Virus record (IMG/VR): IMGVR_UViG_3300034082_001419 | Span: 57,495 to 121,494 of that record | From: a virus | Reading direction: 5' to 3' (one strand) | Length of the DNA stretch: 64,000 nucleotides | In this document: positions 59,967 through 64,000 of the stretch, piece by piece | Layout of the letters: the number at the start of each line of letters is the position of its first letter | Numbering within the stretch: position 1 is the stretch's first letter | Made by a program: the position numbers and the translations under genes | Notes under the pieces: model-generated | The model's input: only the letters and a program-made list of their open reading frames with translations | Told to the model about the DNA's origin: nothing | Database searches by the model: none

Positions 59967-60695
59967 ATGACAACAAATATAGATATTAATGATATAAAAG
60001 AAAAATTAAATGCAAAACTTATTGATTCAGGATGGGCAAGAGTGCTCAGAGGATTTATATATAGTACTGAATTTGATAATATTTTATTGAAACTGATTAA
60101 AGACTCACAAGAAGATAGAAGATTTACACCATTTATGAAATACTTGTTTAGAGCATTTGAGGAAACACCTTATACTGATCTCAAAGTAGTTATTGTTGGA
60201 CAAGATCCATATCCGGGAATTGAGCAAGCTGATGGGATAGCATTCTCATGTAGTTTTGAAAAGAAAGCATTACCAAGTCTTAGGTTTATACTTGATGCAG
60301 TAAACAGAACTGTTTATAAAGATGAGTATTACTCTGGTTCATTAGTATCAACGGATATTGATCTGAAAAGATGGAGTAATCAGGGTATACTTATGATTAA
60401 TAGTGCTCTTACATGTACAATAGGGAAACCGGGATCACATTCAGAGTTATGGAAACCTATGATGGCTTATTTATTAGACTATCTTAATTCATATAATCCT
60501 GGATTAATCTATGTATTCATGGGTAAGAAAGCACAAGAAGATTCAGTACATATTAACAACAACTGTTATAAATTCTTTGTATCTCATCCTGCATCAGCTG
60601 CATATTCTCACTTAAAAGAATGGGATTGTCAAGATGTTTTCCACAAGGTAGCTGATCTTACAAAAAAGAATTATAACTTTGATATAAAATGGTAA
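59967..60695 (+). CDS. ung: Uracil-DNA glycosylase (family 1)
   Basis: VVIVGQDPY, GIAFS, PSL, QGILMIN, HPAS. Confidence 0.9.
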   Translation: MTTNIDINDIKEKLNAKLIDSGWARVLRGFIYSTEFDNILLKLIKDSQEDRRFTPFMKYLFRAFEETPYTDLKVVIVGQDPYPGIEQADGIAFSCSFEKKALPSLRFILDAVNRTVYKDEYYSGSLVSTDIDLKRWSNQGILMINSALTCTIGKPGSHSELWKPMMAYLLDYLNSYNPGLIYVFMGKKAQEDSVHINNNCYKFFVSHPASAAYSHLKEWDCQDVFHKVADLTKKNYNFDIKW

Positions 60696-60696
60696 T

Positions 60697-61287
60697 ATGG
60701 ATGAGATATTCAATCTATTAATTAAGAATAACCTGAGTCCAAATCAGTTGTATATACTTTATTGTATTAAACATAAGATCAAAACTAATGATTTTGTCAA
60801 TGATACATTAGAAGTAAAACGCTTACAATCAACTAGTTGGTTGGGAGCTGATTTAACACTTGAAGGTAAGTCAATAATTCTATTACAAGACTTAGACTCA
60901 TTCTTCAAGACAAGTAAAAAGAAAACAAGTACCAGTGTAATGGGGGAAAACTTTATGGAAAATATTGAAACATATTTAGATATTTTTCCTAAATTTAAAC
61001 TCCCAAGTGGTAAATATGCTAGGTCAGATAAGAAGAATCTTGAGAATAATTTCAAGTGGTTCTTTGAATCACACAGTTACTCATGGGATACCATACTTGA
61101 TGCTACAAGAAAGTATGTTGATGAATATGAAGTAAATGGATTTAAGTATATGAGAACATCACAATATTTTATTAGAAAGCAAGGCTCAGATAAAACATAT
61201 GACTCTGAGTTAGCAAACTATTGTGATATGTTATTAAACGGTGGAGAAGACCCAACACAAACACATTTTAAAGAAAGAGTTGTATAA
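60697..61287 (+). CDS. Replication-associated protein upstream of helicase (initiator/loader-like)
   Basis: Position; FPK...ATxxYV...YM...YF pattern. Confidence 0.4.
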   Translation: MDEIFNLLIKNNLSPNQLYILYCIKHKIKTNDFVNDTLEVKRLQSTSWLGADLTLEGKSIILLQDLDSFFKTSKKKTSTSVMGENFMENIETYLDIFPKFKLPSGKYARSDKKNLENNFKWFFESHSYSWDTILDATRKYVDEYEVNGFKYMRTSQYFIRKQGSDKTYDSELANYCDMLLNGGEDPTQTHFKERVV

Positions 61288-61463
61288 TGCGTAAATTGTC
61301 CAGAGTATCACTATTGCTTTGTGCAGTAGTGGGAACTCTGTTTGGCTATGCGGTAACTAATGCTTTTATTATTGAGATTAGTGTAATTAATTTTATAGTA
61401 GTTGAGGTAATCATTAGCATTATGCATGCAAGTTTTAACAGAGTTAAAGTAAAAGTTATTTAA
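61287..61463 (+). CDS. Small membrane protein, 58 aa
   Basis: Read by hand: MRKLSRVSLLLCAVVGTLFGY...; two hydrophobic segments. Confidence 0.55.
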   Translation: MRKLSRVSLLLCAVVGTLFGYAVTNAFIIEISVINFIVVEVIISIMHASFNRVKVKVI

Positions 61464-61475
61464 TATTTGCATGAG

Positions 61476-63311
61476 ATGTTGAAAAAAGCAGAAACACCAA
61501 CAAAGTGGAATAGTCAGAAAGAAGGTTTTCAGGAATCATTACATTATTTAAAAGGTAGAATGGCAGGTGAGATTAAAAGTCTTAGAACTCCATGGCCTAA
61601 ATTTAATGATGCAATGACAGATGGTATTGAATGGAATACAATGACTGTAATTGGTGGAAGACCTGCTTGTTTATCTGGTGATTCACTAATGTATATTGCA
61701 AGAAAAGGTCCAAAAGGATCTGGCAGATGGTATAGTCTAAAAGATATATACTATAAATTTAATGGTTTAAGACATACAGATATGTCATCTAGAGATAGAG
61801 GTTGGAATAATACTATTACAACTAATACTCAATGTTATAAATATGATGAAAACTTAACAGGTTTAAATCAAATTGAAGCAGTGTATGAATCTGGGATTAA
61901 ACCTGTTTATTTAGTAACAACTGAAACAGGCAAAACAATAAAAACAACTTTAGATCATAGATTTTTAGTTGACTTTTGTGATGATTTTAAAGAATTAAAA
62001 GAGTTAAGCATAGGTGATTTTATTGTATGTAAAGCTGAACCAAAGAAAAAAGATAAAGCTGAAAAAATAACTCACAAAAGAGTTCATATAATAAAAAAAA
62101 TGGCTTATTATCCTTCAGCAAAAGTTAAAATAACAGGTAAATATACATATCATAGAATTTCTGAAGCAAGAGCTGTATATGATGCTAACCTTAATGATTT
62201 AGAATTAACTGAATTTCTTGATAAAGTAAATGCACCAAACAATTTTGTATTTTCTGATATGACAATGGAAATACATCATATGGATCAAAATCCTTTAAAC
62301 AATGATATAAGTAATTTACAATTATTATCAGTTAAAGAGCACCATGCTTTACATAATGATAGATCTAGACTTGGTTTAAACCATGTGCAAAAAGAAAAAA
62401 TTGTATCTATTAATTACATAGGGGATGAAATGACTTATGATGTATCAATGAAAGATCCATATAATAATTTTATTGCAAATGGTTTTGTTGTTCATAATTC
62501 AGGTAAAACTTTAATAGTAGAACAAATAGTGAGAGAGTCATTTCTTTTAAATCCAGCTGAAGACTTTAGAGTATTACAGTTTCAGTTTGAGATGTTAGCT
62601 AGATCTTCTGCAATTAGAGAGTACTCAAGTATAATTGGTAAGTCATATAAGTATTTATGTAGTGCTGATGGACAATTGAGTCCTGAAGATTTACAAAAGT
62701 GTTATAACTATGCCAAAGAAAAAGTAAAGTATCCTATTGATATTGTTGAGAAACCATGTACTGTAGATGAGTTCATTAGAACTATTCAAGAATATATGGC
62801 TTATTATTCTACCGTTGATGATAACGGTGTAAGACATTTTAAGAAAACATTGATATCATTAGACCACTCTTTGCTTGTAAAAAAAGCACAAACAGAAAAA
62901 GATAAGAATGAGACACTAAATAATCTTGGTGAGGCATTAACATCATTGAAAAGGATATACCCTATAGCATTTATAATATTAAGTCAGTTAAATAGAAATA
63001 TTGATAATCCTGAAAGATCAGAAGATGGCAAGTATGGTAATTATGTATTAGAATCAGATATATTTGGTGCTGATGCGTTATTACAACATGCTGATACCGT
63101 AATAGGTATTAATAGACCAGCAAAACAAAAGATCAGATTCTATGGCCCTGATAGATTTATAATTGAGAATGATAGAGTAATGGTATTACACTTTTTAAAA
63201 TGTAGAAATGGTGATACAAGATTAAGCTTCTTTAAAGCAGAGTTTGAAAAGATGAGTATTGCAGAGATGAATACTCCTGCTCAACAAGAAAAAAGAATAG
63301 GAACCAAATAA
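61476..63311 (+). CDS. dnaB: DnaB-like replicative helicase containing an intein
   Basis: IGGRPA|SGKT Walker A split by the intein; FQFEM, LDH, LSQLNR, KCRNG. Confidence 0.9.
   Translation: MLKKAETPTKWNSQKEGFQESLHYLKGRMAGEIKSLRTPWPKFNDAMTDGIEWNTMTVIGGRPACLSGDSLMYIARKGPKGSGRWYSLKDIYYKFNGLRHTDMSSRDRGWNNTITTNTQCYKYDENLTGLNQIEAVYESGIKPVYLVTTETGKTIKTTLDHRFLVDFCDDFKELKELSIGDFIVCKAEPKKKDKAEKITHKRVHIIKKMAYYPSAKVKITGKYTYHRISEARAVYDANLNDLELTEFLDKVNAPNNFVFSDMTMEIHHMDQNPLNNDISNLQLLSVKEHHALHNDRSRLGLNHVQKEKIVSINYIGDEMTYDVSMKDPYNNFIANGFVVHNSGKTLIVEQIVRESFLLNPAEDFRVLQFQFEMLARSSAIREYSSIIGKSYKYLCSADGQLSPEDLQKCYNYAKEKVKYPIDIVEKPCTVDEFIRTIQEYMAYYSTVDDNGVRHFKKTLISLDHSLLVKKAQTEKDKNETLNNLGEALTSLKRIYPIAFIILSQLNRNIDNPERSEDGKYGNYVLESDIFGADALLQHADTVIGINRPAKQKIRFYGPDRFIIENDRVMVLHFLKCRNGDTRLSFFKAEFEKMSIAEMNTPAQQEKRIGTK
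61668..62498 (+). mobile_element. Intein (277 aa) with HNH endonuclease
   Basis: Starts CLSGD, block B TTLDHRF, HHMDQNPLNNDISNL..H, ends NFIANGFVVHN followed by Ser. Confidence 0.92.
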
Positions 63312-63318
63312 TTAATAT

Positions 63319-63894
63319 ATGGCATTAACAACAAAAGACGGTGGTAATCAAACCAGTGGATTTAACAGAAAAGAAAAGACTGAGGAGTTGGTGAAGTATC
63401 ACCAAAAGGTTTTTGATGCATTAGATATTTCTAATCCATTATTTATACCTAAATGTGCTTATAGACCTTATGGTAAAGATGAATTACACATGGGGTTCTT
63501 TAAGAGTGAATTAAGTAGAGATCAAGATATATATACTGAGTTTACCAGTATTGCACTTGATCCAGAAGATCCAACAAGAACTTTGTATAAATGGAAACAT
63601 AATCCATTTTATGATGAGGAATATGAAACTACAGATCCTAATGCACAAGGACATGTAAGATATCTTATTCCTGTATCAGAACTGATAAAAATAAAGGCTG
63701 AACCTAAAAAGACTGAAACTAAAAAGACTGAAATTGATACTGAAGAAGTAAATGGGTTATTTCCTGATTTTGATGATATAATGGACTCAGATTTAGATGC
63801 TCCTCTAAGCAGTTTAACTGTAAGAGATCTAGCTGCTATATTATTACAGAAACCAGTGAGTAACAAGAAATGGTTAAATGATTTAATAAAGTAA
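63319..63894 (+). CDS. Hypothetical replication-module protein
   Basis: C-terminal LTVRDLAAI...PVSNKKWLNDLI. Confidence 0.6.
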   Translation: MALTTKDGGNQTSGFNRKEKTEELVKYHQKVFDALDISNPLFIPKCAYRPYGKDELHMGFFKSELSRDQDIYTEFTSIALDPEDPTRTLYKWKHNPFYDEEYETTDPNAQGHVRYLIPVSELIKIKAEPKKTETKKTEIDTEEVNGLFPDFDDIMDSDLDAPLSSLTVRDLAAILLQKPVSNKKWLNDLIK

Positions 63895-63897
63895 AAA

Positions 63898-64000
63898 ATG
63901 GAAGGATTGGTATTGCCCACTAAGAAAGTGAGCGCAACAAGAGTTAATCCAAAAAGATTGTTAATTTACTCTAAGCCAAAGACAGGTAAAACTACCGCTT
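63898..64000 (+). CDS. Partial AAA ATPase (AAA_24/Sak4-like)
   Basis: MEGLVLPT...LLIYSKPKTGKTT Walker A; runs off window. Confidence 0.7.
   Translation, partial: MEGLVLPTKKVSATRVNPKRLLIYSKPKTGKTTA

Noticed and set aside
1-64000. Stop-codon reassignment, as in some crAss-like phages
   Set aside because: Long genes are intact in the standard code, TAG and TGA both serve as stops, and no suppressor tRNA is seen

Overview
This 64 kb window looks like part of an AT-rich, crAss-like (Crassvirales-type) phage of a Bacteroidota host, judged from gene order and motifs only; no database searches were run. It has two divergent arms. The minus-strand arm (1 to ~41.6 kb) carries Cys-rich virion proteins, a cluster of small basic proteins, the crAss-type capsid module (terminase, portal, scaffold, major capsid, ring and auxiliary proteins), lysis genes, a ~14 kb mosaic of tail-fibre/adhesin genes, GroES and ThyA. 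The plus-strand arm (~41.9 to 64 kb) carries early and replication genes: many small ORFs, an SF2 helicase, UDG, DnaB with an HNH intein and an AAA ATPase. The most unusual signals are: (1) ORF-less promoter-to-terminator units on the late strand, two of which are complementary to translation-start regions of early/replication genes (candidate trans-acting antisense sRNAs); (2) a GIY-YIG endonuclease inserted in a helicase Walker A motif that appears to supply a recoded replacement N-terminus; (3) a ~265-bp-periodic array of motif-ORF-terminator cassettes at the start of the early arm; (4) a structured ncRNA cluster ending in an aberrant tRNA-Leu-like element; (5) a T4 gene-32-like pseudoknot leader in front of a candidate SSB gene.
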